The notes under the pieces were generated by a model, which was given only the letters and a program-made list of their open reading frames with translations, searched no databases and had not been told where the DNA came from. A stretch of 64,000 nt of DNA from an uncultured Gemmatimonadales bacterium (GTDB lineage Bacteria > Gemmatimonadota > Gemmatimonadetes > Gemmatimonadales > Gemmatimonadaceae): NCBI GenBank assembly GCA_963793305.1, contig CAWBZV010000002.1, positions 320,001 through 384,000 of the forward strand, in the 5' to 3' direction. Of this stretch, positions 19,547 through 28,252 are shown piece after piece (the stretch's first letter is position 1; each line of letters opens with the position of its first letter). The position numbers and the translations under genes are program-made.

Positions 19547-20078
19547 TGGTCGCATCCGATTGGTTGTATTTCGCCGCGAGGCGGCCGAGACACTCCGTCA
19601 GCTCGGCCGCGAATGCGTGCTGGTCGGCTGGACTGGCAAAGCGGACGTCCGTCTGGGCCGTCAACGTCGCCAAGCGCTTGCCCGACGCATTGGCGCGCCG
19701 GCGCAGCGTGCCGACATTGCGGATCAGCTTCGAGGCGACCGCGAGGAGATACGTCGAAGAGAAATGATCCTCGACCCGCTCGGGGTCGGCCGCCAACGGT
19801 CCGAGCGCCGCCGGCGAGATCACGTACGATCGCGCCGTGGCCTGCACGACCCGCTCGACGCAATTGCGCTTGCGACGCTCGGCCACGAACAACACGAGAC
19901 CCTCGGCCTCGAGTTGCCGGACATGGTAGGTGACCACTTGGCGCACGAGTCCCAGTCGCCGCGCGAGGCCGGCCGCGGAGTCTGGGACCGCCAGCTCGTC
20001 CAGCAGCCGCCGGCGCATGGGATCCAGCACCGAGGTCGCCTGTTCCGGGTTTTCGATGACCTCGAGTGCCGCGCTCAC
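19497..20078 (-). CDS. ArsR-like winged helix-turn-helix transcriptional regulator
   Basis: 'LDPMRRRLL.EL..PDSAAGLARRLGL.RQ.V.YHVRQLE..GLV', 'DVRFASPAD..AFA.EL'. Confidence 0.88.
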   Translation of the reverse strand: MSAALEVIENPEQATSVLDPMRRRLLDELAVPDSAAGLARRLGLVRQVVTYHVRQLEAEGLVLFVAERRKRNCVERVVQATARSYVISPAALGPLAADPERVEDHFSSTYLLAVASKLIRNVGTLRRRANASGKRLATLTAQTDVRFASPADQHAFAAELTECLGRLAAKYNQSDATNGRSFSFVLAGHPTHG

Positions 20079-20082
20079 GACA

Positions 20083-20114
20083 ACAATTTTATTTTAGAAA
20101 AGAAAATTTGTCAA
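20083..20114 (-). promoter_or_regulatory. Near-consensus sigma70 promoter TTGACA-17-TAAAAT with overlapping AT-rich inverted repeat (probable autorepressor operator)
   Basis: -35 at 20109-20114, -10 at 20086-20091, GTG start 7 nt further on. The imperfect palindrome ACAATTTT.TTTT-AG-AAAA.AAAATTTGT spans the promoter. Confidence 0.75.
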
Positions 20115-20572
20115 GGCGTCAACTGAGAGGTGCAGTTCGGGCACCGCTTCGCGGCGATCGGGATCTGGGTCGCGCAGTACGGACACGCCTTGGTCGTCGG
20201 GGCAGCCGTCGCTCCCAGTGTGACTGGCTCGAGGTGCAGCTTCGCGACCATCCGCACCAGCAAGAACACGCAGAACGCGATGATGAGAAACGTGATGATG
20301 TTGTTGACGAACATCCCGTAATTGAGCGTAACGGCCCCGGCGCTCTTCGCGTCGGCGAGCGACACATACGGTGCAGCCGCCTTCGCGCCGTCCTTCAAGA
20401 CCACGAACTTATTGGAAAAGTCGAGACCACCGGTCGCGAGCCCGATAGGCGGCATGATGACGTTATCGACGAGCGACTTCACGATGGCGCCAAACGCGGC
20501 GCCGATGATCACGCCGACCGCGAGGTCGACCACGTTGCCGCGCATGATGAACGCCTTGAAATCTTTCCACAC
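20111..20572 (-). CDS. mscL: Large-conductance mechanosensitive channel with C-terminal zinc ribbon
   Basis: 'FKAFIMRGNVVDLAVGVIIGAAFGAIV.SLV', 'YG.F.N.II.FLIIAF', tail CPYC...CPNC. Confidence 0.96.
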   Translation of the reverse strand: MWKDFKAFIMRGNVVDLAVGVIIGAAFGAIVKSLVDNVIMPPIGLATGGLDFSNKFVVLKDGAKAAAPYVSLADAKSAGAVTLNYGMFVNNIITFLIIAFCVFLLVRMVAKLHLEPVTLGATAAPTTKACPYCATQIPIAAKRCPNCTSQLTP

Positions 20573-20616
20573 GTTGCCTCCTGGCGTCAGGGTATCCGTC
20601 GAGGAGATAATGTAGC

Positions 20617-22440
20617 ATGGATCGAGACCTGGGCATGGACCGGCCGATCACGCGCCGCGACTTCGTGAATGGAGTCGCCGTGTCCATTGGCGGCGCCCTC
20701 ATCCCGTCCAGCACGCTCGACGCGATCGTGCAGCAGGCCGAGTACGCACCGGAACAGGATCCGGGCTACTACCCGCCCGCGCTCATGGGTCTGCGCGGGA
20801 GTCACCCGGGATCGTTCGAGATCGCCCACGGCGCACGGGACCACACGATTGGCGCGCTCATCGACTCGGCCGTTCCCACTGGCGAGCACTATGATGTCGT
20901 TATTGTCGGCGGCGGAATCAGCGGGCTCTCGGCGGCCCACTTCTGCGGGTCATCGGCCCGCGTGCTGGTGCTCGACAACCACGATGATTTCGGGGGGCAC
21001 GCCAAGCGCAACGAGTTCGAGGTCGCCGGGCGACGATTGCTCATGTATGGCGGCACGCAATCGATCGACGGCCCAGATAAGTACAGCCGTACGTCACTCG
21101 ACTTGTTGCATCACTTAGGGCTCGATCTCGATCGCTTCTACCGCGCGTACGATCGCCATTTCTATAGATCCCTCGGTCTCTCTCAGGGAATTTTCTTCGA
21201 CCGGGAGACGTTCGGCACGGATCATCTCGCGGTAGGCGCCGGCATCAAGCCCTGGAGCGAGATCCTGGCCGGCGCTCCGCTCCCCGAGGCCGCGCGCGTG
21301 GACATCGCGCGCGTGTACCAAGCCCCATGGCGCACGCTGCCGGATGATCAGCTCGCGCGGATGAGCTATCGCGACTATCTCGTCAACGTGATGCACGTCG
21401 GGCCGGCCGCGATGCCGTACTTCCAAGCGTTGACACACGATCTCTATGGCGTCGGGATCGATGCCGTGCCCGCGCAAGATGTGTTCGAGATCGGCTTTCC
21501 CGGAAAGATCGCCACCCCACCGGAAGGGGAGGAGCCGTACATCTTCCACTTCCCCGACGGCAACGCGACGATCGCGCGCCTGCTGGTGCGCCAACTCATC
21601 CCCGGGGCGATCCCGGGTGCCACGATGGATGACATCGTGACGGCGCGAGTCAACTACGCGAAGCTCGATGATCCAGCTCATCGCGTACGCCTGCGCCTGA
21701 ACAGCACGGCCGTACGCGTTCGTCAAGATGGTGCCCATGTCGTCATCACGTATGTTCGCGGCGGCAAGGCCGTCTCTGTCCGCGCCTCGGGCGTCGTGCT
21801 CGCGTGCTGGAACATGATCATCCCGTACGTGTGCCCCGAGATGCCGGATGCGCAGAAGGCTGCATTGGCCTACGGCGCGAAAGTCCCGCTTGTCTACACG
21901 AACGTGGCGTTTCGAGATTGGAAAGCGTTCGCGTCACTTGGCATCAATGCAGCCTACGCTCCTGGCAGTTACCACACGCTCGTCGACCTCGACTACCCGG
22001 TCAGCCTCGGCTCCTACGCCTTCGCCAAGGGACCCGATGAGCCGATCGTCGCGCACATGATCCGCACGCCATGCCATCCGGGCCTGCCCGCGCGCGACCA
22101 ACATCGCGCGGGCCGCGCGGAGTTGCTGGCGACGACATTCGAGACGTTCGAGCGCAACGTGCGCGACCAACTCGCGCGCCTGCTCGGCACGGCCGACTTC
22201 GATCCCGCGCGCGATATCGTGGGGCTCACCGTCAATCGGTGGCCCCACGGATATGCGTACGAGTACAACACACTCTGGGATCGGGCCGCTTGGCCCGGCG
22301 CGACGCGCCCGTGCGTCACGGCGCGCGCGCCATTCGGTCGCATTACGATCGCCAACTCCGACGCCGGTGCCTCGGCCTACACCAACGCGGCCATCGACCA
22401 AGCGCACCGGGCCGTGCGGGAGTTGTTCGCGACGATCTAA
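20617..22440 (+). CDS. FAD-dependent oxidoreductase, spermidine dehydrogenase (SpdH)-like, Tat-type signal
   Basis: 'ITRRDFVNG', 'YYPP...GLRGSHPGSFE.AH', GGGISG, 'DNHDDFGGHAKRNEF', 'HFPDGNA', 'VNRWPHGYAY', 'IANSD'. Confidence 0.85.
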   Translation: MDRDLGMDRPITRRDFVNGVAVSIGGALIPSSTLDAIVQQAEYAPEQDPGYYPPALMGLRGSHPGSFEIAHGARDHTIGALIDSAVPTGEHYDVVIVGGGISGLSAAHFCGSSARVLVLDNHDDFGGHAKRNEFEVAGRRLLMYGGTQSIDGPDKYSRTSLDLLHHLGLDLDRFYRAYDRHFYRSLGLSQGIFFDRETFGTDHLAVGAGIKPWSEILAGAPLPEAARVDIARVYQAPWRTLPDDQLARMSYRDYLVNVMHVGPAAMPYFQALTHDLYGVGIDAVPAQDVFEIGFPGKIATPPEGEEPYIFHFPDGNATIARLLVRQLIPGAIPGATMDDIVTARVNYAKLDDPAHRVRLRLNSTAVRVRQDGAHVVITYVRGGKAVSVRASGVVLACWNMIIPYVCPEMPDAQKAALAYGAKVPLVYTNVAFRDWKAFASLGINAAYAPGSYHTLVDLDYPVSLGSYAFAKGPDEPIVAHMIRTPCHPGLPARDQHRAGRAELLATTFETFERNVRDQLARLLGTADFDPARDIVGLTVNRWPHGYAYEYNTLWDRAAWPGATRPCVTARAPFGRITIANSDAGASAYTNAAIDQAHRAVRELFATI

Positions 22441-22644
22441 CTACCGATCGTCGTCGTCCTCGTCGAGCTTGCGCTCGGCTTTCCCGATCGCGTTCTGTAC
22501 TTTGCCAGTGGCCTGATCGACTTTGCCTTCGATCTGCATTTCCGTGTCGCCAGTCAGGCCGCCCAACGCATCCTTCGCCTTGCCTTTGATCTCTTTGGCG
22601 GTCCCTTTCATTTCGTCTTTGAGCCCGTCGTGTTGGTCACCCAT
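22441..22644 (-). CDS. csbD: CsbD family stress protein
   Basis: 'KG..KEIKGKAK..LG.LTGD..MQ.EGK.DQ..GKVQ...G', SD GGAGG upstream. Confidence 0.88.
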   Translation of the reverse strand: MGDQHDGLKDEMKGTAKEIKGKAKDALGGLTGDTEMQIEGKVDQATGKVQNAIGKAERKLDEDDDDR

Positions 22645-22674
22645 GTGATACCTCCTGGTTGCCCGCTGGACGAG

Positions 22675-22703
22675 GCAGATTCCGTGCCCGGCACGACTGT
22701 TGC
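22675..22703. promoter_or_regulatory. Two back-to-back divergent sigma54 (-24/-12) promoter-like sites
   Basis: Plus strand GG-CACGACTGTT-GC (22690-22703); minus strand GG-CACGGAATCT-GC (22688-22675). Both have exact GG-N10-GC spacing and a GGCACG core. Confidence 0.65.
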
Positions 22704-22738
22704 CTTGTTCACGCAGTGTTCACTCAACGGGAGCCTGC

Positions 22739-22891
22739 ATGCTGTGGACGTTAGCGATCGTGCTGTTCATTCTGTGGATCCTGGGCTTCGGCGTATTTCA
22801 CGCTGCCGGCGCACTCATTCACCTCCTCCTGGTCGCGGCCGTGATCGTCATTCTCGTCCGGCTGATCCAGGGGCGCCGCCCAGTCGTGTAG
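22739..22891 (+). CDS. lmo0937 / DUF5670 family small membrane protein
   Basis: MLWTLAIVLFILWILGFGVFHAAGALIHLLLVAAVIVILVRLIQGRRPVV, SD GGGAG before ATG 22739. Confidence 0.85.
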   Translation: MLWTLAIVLFILWILGFGVFHAAGALIHLLLVAAVIVILVRLIQGRRPVV

Positions 22892-24026
22892 GGTCGAGCC
22901 GCACGAGGAGCGGGTTGGGTTGCCACGCGCGCCCAACCTTGCTCTGAAGCGCGGAATCCACGCGCACGATGTCCGCGGTATAGTCGCAGCCGTTGATGAG
23001 CCCATCCGTGGCGCCGCGGTTGTGTCCGAGCAAGCTCGACCCCACGCCATAGCCGGTGACGGGCACGCCGGCCTCTTCGAATTGACGAATCCGTGCCGGC
23101 GTGAATCCGCCCGACACGATGATCCCAACGCTGGCAAAGCCCTCGCGGTCCAACGCGTCCCGAAGTAATCGCACCAGCTGTGGATTCACGCCGGTGAGCC
23201 CCGTCCCAGCCACGGCGGTGTCGACGAGTTTCTCGCTCGTGTCCACGCGGACACCCGAGAGCGCGTCGTCGCCAAATCGTTCACGCATGGCGCGAGCGAC
23301 AGCGAGCGCGTCAGTCACCACGTCATTTCGATAGTCGACGAGACTGACGATCCGCACGTCGGGTTCGCACGCGCGAACGTACTCGGCGAACGCCACGGTC
23401 GCGGCCACGACGTCGCCACCAAACGTCGCGATGAGCGCATGCGGCATGGTGCCCACGCCGCGCGCGCCCCACCACGCGCCGCCCGCGTCGCTCGACACAC
23501 TGCCCGCGCCGCCGACTTGTGCCGCGTACCCATCCGGCGTCTGCACGCGCCAATCGTCATGCCGAGCACCCATGAAGACGACGGGCCGGCCACGGGCTGC
23601 CTCCATGACACGCCGCACATTCGACGCGATCAACGACCGCCGCGCGAGCACGCCGAGGTAATCGGTCTCGAGGTGCGCAAACGCGACGTATGGTCCCGTG
23701 ATGTGCATGACCGGCGCCCAGGGTTCGAGAAGGTCGCCGTCCAACAGGGTATCGATCGTCAGGTCACCCAATGTGTAACCCGGCGCGAGTTGCGTTTCGA
23801 GCATCCGAATCACCTCGAAGGCGCCGGCCACGACGCCGTGTTCCTTGGCGAACACCTGCATCGTGACGATCGGATCGCGCTTCGCGTGGAGTAACGCGTT
23901 GCGGCTGCGAACGAAGTACCGGTCGGCGTACCATCCGTCGCCCATCCGTGGGTCGAATTGAAACAATGTCGCCGGGAACCGCGTGAGGGCGCGGTGGAGT
24001 TGGTCTATGCGCGAGTCGGCCGTCAT
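22848..24026 (-). CDS. Nicotinate phosphoribosyltransferase (NAPRTase/QAPRTase family)
   Basis: 'GWYADRYF', 'ETDYLG.LAR', 'ARHDDW..Q..DGYAA', 'GTMPHALI', 'VRVDTS', 'IIVSGGF', 'YGVGS', 'KVGR'. Confidence 0.85.
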   Translation of the reverse strand: MTADSRIDQLHRALTRFPATLFQFDPRMGDGWYADRYFVRSRNALLHAKRDPIVTMQVFAKEHGVVAGAFEVIRMLETQLAPGYTLGDLTIDTLLDGDLLEPWAPVMHITGPYVAFAHLETDYLGVLARRSLIASNVRRVMEAARGRPVVFMGARHDDWRVQTPDGYAAQVGGAGSVSSDAGGAWWGARGVGTMPHALIATFGGDVVAATVAFAEYVRACEPDVRIVSLVDYRNDVVTDALAVARAMRERFGDDALSGVRVDTSEKLVDTAVAGTGLTGVNPQLVRLLRDALDREGFASVGIIVSGGFTPARIRQFEEAGVPVTGYGVGSSLLGHNRGATDGLINGCDYTADIVRVDSALQSKVGRAWQPNPLLVRLDPTRLGGAPGSAGRE

Positions 24027-24063
24027 GCCGAAATATCGCCTCTCCACTATCTTGTTGTCTCCG

Positions 24064-25479
24064 ATGACCGACGTTTCGATTCCCAAGCCCGCGTCGCGGA
24101 CGTTTTGGTCCACGATCGCCGACGCGCTGCGTGGAGTGCACCACGACTACACGCAGGGCTCGATCCCGCGTGCGATCGTGCTGCTCGCCGTCCCGATGGT
24201 GCTGGAGATGGCGCTGGAGAGCGTGTTCGCCGTCGTCGACGCGTTCTGGGTCGGCAAGTTGGGGCCGACGGCGCTCTCCACCATCGTGTACACGGAATCG
24301 ATGCTGACCATCATGTACGCGGTGGACATGGGGCTCGGCATGGGGGCGACGGCGCTCGTGGCCCGCCGCATCGGTGAGCGCGATCCCGAGGGGGCCGCCC
24401 AATCCGCCGGTCAGGCGATCATCATCGGCATCGTCGCCTCGATCGTGCTCGGACTCGTGGGCGGGGTGTTCGCGCCGCAGCTCCTCGCCCTTCTGGGCGC
24501 CGCGCCGGACGTCATTGCGCAGGGCTCGTCGTACACGCGCGTGATGCTTGGGGGAAGTGGATGCATCCTGTTCCTCTTCCTGTTCAACGCGATCTTCCGC
24601 GGCGTCGGCGACGCCGCGATCGCGATGCGCGTCCTCTGGTTCGCCAATATCATCAATCTCATTCTCGACCCCTGCTTCATCTTCGGTTTGGGACCATTCC
24701 CGCATCTCGGTGTGACGGGAGCCGCGGTCGCGACGACGATCGGGCGGACCTGCGGCGCACTGTTCGCGCTGTCGCGCCTCGTTCGGCCGGGGAATCGCAT
24801 CACGCTCCGCGCGCGGCACTTGAAAATCATCCCCGAGGTGATGGGTCGGATGCTGCGGCTCTCGTGGGTCACCGCGGTCCAAGGGGGGATCGGGAGCGCG
24901 AGCTACGTCGGCCTCGTGAACATTATGTCGCGATTCGGGGATCAGGCTGTTGCCGGCTTCGGGATCAGCATCCGCATTCTGATCTTTGCGTTGCTCCCGT
25001 CGTGGGGACTCGGCAATGCCTCCGCCACCATGGTTGGGCAGGCTTTGGGCTCGCGCCAACCCGAGCGCGCCGAGAAGGCGGTGTGGCTGGCCGCGAGCTA
25101 CGACTGTATCGTGTTGACTGTCGTGGGACTTGTGTTCGGCCTGTTCGCGCATCATCTGGTGAGTATCTTCACCACCGATCCGGTCGCACTCGAGACGGGC
25201 GCGACGAGCCTGCGCATCATGGCGCTCGGATTTCCGTTCTATGCGTATGGCATGACCGTCACGCAGTCGTTCAACGGGGCAGGCGACACCTGGACGCCGA
25301 CGTGGATCAACCTCGGCGTCTTGTGGGTATTCGAGATTCCGTTCGCGTATTTCCTCGCGGTCACATCCAAGCTCGGGCCAATCGGTGTCTTTATCGCGCT
25401 CACGTCGGCTTTCTCGCTGCTGGCCGTGGTGAGCATTCTCCTTTTCCGGCGCGGCCGGTGGAAGGCCGTCGCGCTCTAG
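24064..25479 (+). CDS. MATE family efflux transporter
   Basis: 'GSIPRAIVLLAVPMVLEM', 'RGVGD...AMR', 'N.ILDP.FIFG', 'GAAVAT', about 12 TM. Confidence 0.93.
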   Translation: MTDVSIPKPASRTFWSTIADALRGVHHDYTQGSIPRAIVLLAVPMVLEMALESVFAVVDAFWVGKLGPTALSTIVYTESMLTIMYAVDMGLGMGATALVARRIGERDPEGAAQSAGQAIIIGIVASIVLGLVGGVFAPQLLALLGAAPDVIAQGSSYTRVMLGGSGCILFLFLFNAIFRGVGDAAIAMRVLWFANIINLILDPCFIFGLGPFPHLGVTGAAVATTIGRTCGALFALSRLVRPGNRITLRARHLKIIPEVMGRMLRLSWVTAVQGGIGSASYVGLVNIMSRFGDQAVAGFGISIRILIFALLPSWGLGNASATMVGQALGSRQPERAEKAVWLAASYDCIVLTVVGLVFGLFAHHLVSIFTTDPVALETGATSLRIMALGFPFYAYGMTVTQSFNGAGDTWTPTWINLGVLWVFEIPFAYFLAVTSKLGPIGVFIALTSAFSLLAVVSILLFRRGRWKAVAL

Positions 25480-25489
25480 GAGCATCCCC

Positions 25490-27868
25490 ATGCTGAGCGA
25501 TCTCCGCTATGCAGTGCGCGCCCTGCTGCGCGCGCCCATGTTCACGGTGACAACAGTAGCGACGCTCGCGCTCGCGATTGGCGCGAACGTGACGGTAGTC
25601 AGCGCGGTGAATACAGTACTCTTCCGGCCGCTCGACATCCCGGACATCGGCCGACTGGTGGTCGTGCGCAGCGACTTTCCGAGACTCGGACTCCGAAATC
25701 TCGGCCTCACCGTCCGCGAAGCCGTCGACCTCTTCGCCCGAACGGATCTCTTCTCGACCGCCGGCGCTTCCTACTCGACGGTCGCCACGTTGACGGGTGC
25801 GGGCCCCGCCCGGCAGTTGCGAGGTGCGACGATCATTGGCGCGTATTTCGACGTCCTCGGGACCCGACCCGCGCTGGGGCGCTTACCCCGCGCCGATGAT
25901 GCCGAGCCTGGCCATGCGCCCGTGGTGGTGCTCAGCGATGGGCTGTGGCACGAGGTCGCGGGCGCCGACTCGAGCATTATTGGCCGCACGATCGAGCTGG
26001 ATGGCGCTCCGCGCGAGGTCATTGGCGTGGTGCGGCCCGGAGCCGAGCTCCCGCGATTGGCGCGCTTTTGGGAGACGCGCCCGATCGACGCTCAGGCATT
26101 GGCCGATCCTGGCAGCGTCGAGACCGTCATTGCTCACCCCCGTCCTCAGGTGTCGCCGTCACAGCTCACCCAGGCGCTCGCGGTCGAGGCAGCGCGCTGG
26201 GTCGAGCGGGACCCGGAACACTACCCGCCTGAGTATCGGAACACACTCAGCGTGATACCGTTCGTCGAGGATCTCGCCGGCACATTGCGTCCGATTGTCG
26301 TGCTGTTCTTCGCCGCCGTCACATTGGTATTGCTCATCGCGTGCGTCAACGTCGCCGGTGTGCAGTTGGTTCGGAGCGTCGGCGCCGCCAACGCGATGGC
26401 GATTCGCTCCGCCCTCGGCGCGAGCCGGTGGCGGCTCCTGCGACACGCCGTCGTCGAAAGCCTGGTGCTCGCCGCTGGCGGTGGAGCCGTCGGTCTCATC
26501 CTTGGTCAGATGGGCATCGCCGGTCTTCGATCATGGCACATGACCGACTATCCGGCACTCGCCGATGTGCGCTTCGATGTCACGGTCCTGGCGTATACGC
26601 TGGGCGTTACGGCGATCATTGGCTTCGCCGTGGCGCTGTTGCCCGGCCTCAAGACCAGTCGCGTCGTCAGCCGAACGACCACACTCGGCCGCGACCGGCA
26701 GGGCGTGCTCCGAGGCATTGCGGTGCTCCAAGTCGCGCTCACGTTGATGCTGTTGCTCGGGTCGGGCCTCATGATTCGTAGCGTGGGCGCGATGCTCCAG
26801 GTCGATCCCGGATTCAGCACCGAGCACCTGTACACGGCTCGCGTGGCGCTCACTGAAACCCGCTACGCCGCTTCAGCGGCGAAGGTGGCGTTCTTCGACG
26901 GACTGGTCGCACGGTTGCGTGGCATGCCGGGCGTCACCGCGGCCGGTGCCGCGATCGGCATCCCATTCGCGCAGTCCGATGGGTCGAGCAGTGGGTTTAC
27001 GATCGTAGGACTGACGCCCACGGGCGGCACATTGCCGCACTCGCTGATCGTACCCGTGACCCCGGGGTACTTCGGGACGATGGGCATCGCGATCAAAGCC
27101 GGGCGAGCCTTTACAGACGCTGATCGCCTGGGCGCAGCGCGTGTCGCGATCGTCGACGAAGAGCTGGCGCGCAAGTTTCTCCCCGGCATCGATCCGATCG
27201 GACGACAGATCACCGGACAGGAAGGCCCGACCACGATCGTTGGGGTCGTCGCCAGCGCCGGATACAGCCGACTGTGGAAGCAACCGTATCCGATTGCGTA
27301 CTATCCGTACGCGCAGATCGTCGTCCCCTATCTCACCGTCGTCGTCCGCACGGCCACTGAGATGCGAAACCCCGCGGTCCTCTTTGAAGCGGCCGTTGGA
27401 GGACTGGACCGCGACGTGCCGGTATCGCACGTCCTGTCAATGCGCCAGCAGATCGATGTATCCGTCCAATCGCGACAAGTGACGATGCTCGCGTTGAGCG
27501 CGTTCGCGGTCGCGTCGCTTGCCTTGGCGATCCTTGGGCTGTACGGCGTTGTCAGCTACGGCACGACTGTGCGCACGCACGAATTCGGCATCCGCATGGC
27601 GCTCGGCGCAACGACCAGCGAGTTGCTCGCGTTGGTGATGCGCGGGGGCGCCACGCTCGTCTTGACTGGCCTCGCGGTTGGCTTCGTGCTGTTCCTCGCC
27701 GTCAGTCGGCTGCTCGCCTCTTTCCTGTTCGGGGTCGGCACGTACGACCCGATCACGCTCGGCGCCTGCGCGCTCGTACTCGGCGCCAGCGCGGCGCTCG
27801 CGTGCTGGTTGCCGGCGCGGCGAGTCGCGACGGTTGACCCAGCGATCGCATTGCGTGACCCATTTTGA
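25490..27868 (+). CDS. ADOP-family (duplicated MacB-like) ABC permease
   Basis: 'DLRYAVR.L.R.P.FT...TLALAIGAN', 'LLIACVNVA', 'RSALGASR.RL', 'RTHEFGIRMALGA', 'PARR...VDP..ALR'. Confidence 0.92.
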   Translation: MLSDLRYAVRALLRAPMFTVTTVATLALAIGANVTVVSAVNTVLFRPLDIPDIGRLVVVRSDFPRLGLRNLGLTVREAVDLFARTDLFSTAGASYSTVATLTGAGPARQLRGATIIGAYFDVLGTRPALGRLPRADDAEPGHAPVVVLSDGLWHEVAGADSSIIGRTIELDGAPREVIGVVRPGAELPRLARFWETRPIDAQALADPGSVETVIAHPRPQVSPSQLTQALAVEAARWVERDPEHYPPEYRNTLSVIPFVEDLAGTLRPIVVLFFAAVTLVLLIACVNVAGVQLVRSVGAANAMAIRSALGASRWRLLRHAVVESLVLAAGGGAVGLILGQMGIAGLRSWHMTDYPALADVRFDVTVLAYTLGVTAIIGFAVALLPGLKTSRVVSRTTTLGRDRQGVLRGIAVLQVALTLMLLLGSGLMIRSVGAMLQVDPGFSTEHLYTARVALTETRYAASAAKVAFFDGLVARLRGMPGVTAAGAAIGIPFAQSDGSSSGFTIVGLTPTGGTLPHSLIVPVTPGYFGTMGIAIKAGRAFTDADRLGAARVAIVDEELARKFLPGIDPIGRQITGQEGPTTIVGVVASAGYSRLWKQPYPIAYYPYAQIVVPYLTVVVRTATEMRNPAVLFEAAVGGLDRDVPVSHVLSMRQQIDVSVQSRQVTMLALSAFAVASLALAILGLYGVVSYGTTVRTHEFGIRMALGATTSELLALVMRGGATLVLTGLAVGFVLFLAVSRLLASFLFGVGTYDPITLGACALVLGASAALACWLPARRVATVDPAIALRDPF

Positions 27869-27874
27869 GGACAA

Positions 27875-27890
27875 TGTGACACGGGTCACA
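27875..27890. promoter_or_regulatory. CRP/FNR-family binding site (TGTGA-N6-TCACA)
   Basis: TGTGACACGGGTCACA, a perfect match to the core consensus, intergenic, 95 bp upstream of the ATG at 27986. Confidence 0.55.
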
Positions 27891-27985
27891 ACGCTCTAAT
27901 TCGCTGTAAATAAATAACTTACGTGATTTCTGCCGACGGTCCGGCGAATGCCTCTTGAGATGGTGGCCAACCACTAGGAGGGGCC

Positions 27986-28243
27986 ATGCTAAAGAAAATC
28001 TGGACTCGCGCAATCATGCTGATCGCTGCCGCGGTAGCTATCGGAGGCGCATTGGCCGCCAGCGCAGTGCCCGCCAAGGCTCAACCGCCCGTCGTCGTCG
28101 TTCGTCCGCAATTTTACCCGCCCGCGTACTATTACGGTCGTCCTTACCCGGACTGGCGCTATCGTGAGTGGCGCGAACACGAGTGGCGGGAGCACGAATG
28201 GCGCGAACATCACGAGTGGCGGGAGCATCGCGATTGGCGCTAA
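27986..28243 (+). CDS. Small exported protein with WREHE repeats
   Basis: SD AGGAGG, signal peptide ending AKA, Pro/Tyr-rich segment, then tandem W-R-E-H-E. Confidence 0.8.
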   Translation: MLKKIWTRAIMLIAAAVAIGGALAASAVPAKAQPPVVVVRPQFYPPAYYYGRPYPDWRYREWREHEWREHEWREHHEWREHRDWR

Positions 28244-28252
28244 CATAGGCCG

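Noticed and set aside
27941..27960. Possible sigma54 site upstream of the WREHE protein gene
   Set aside because: GG-N10-GC spacing is not satisfied.
28168..28240. 15-bp tandem repeats as a possible CRISPR or VNTR
   Set aside because: No spacers, and synonymous variation shows they are protein-level WREHE repeats.
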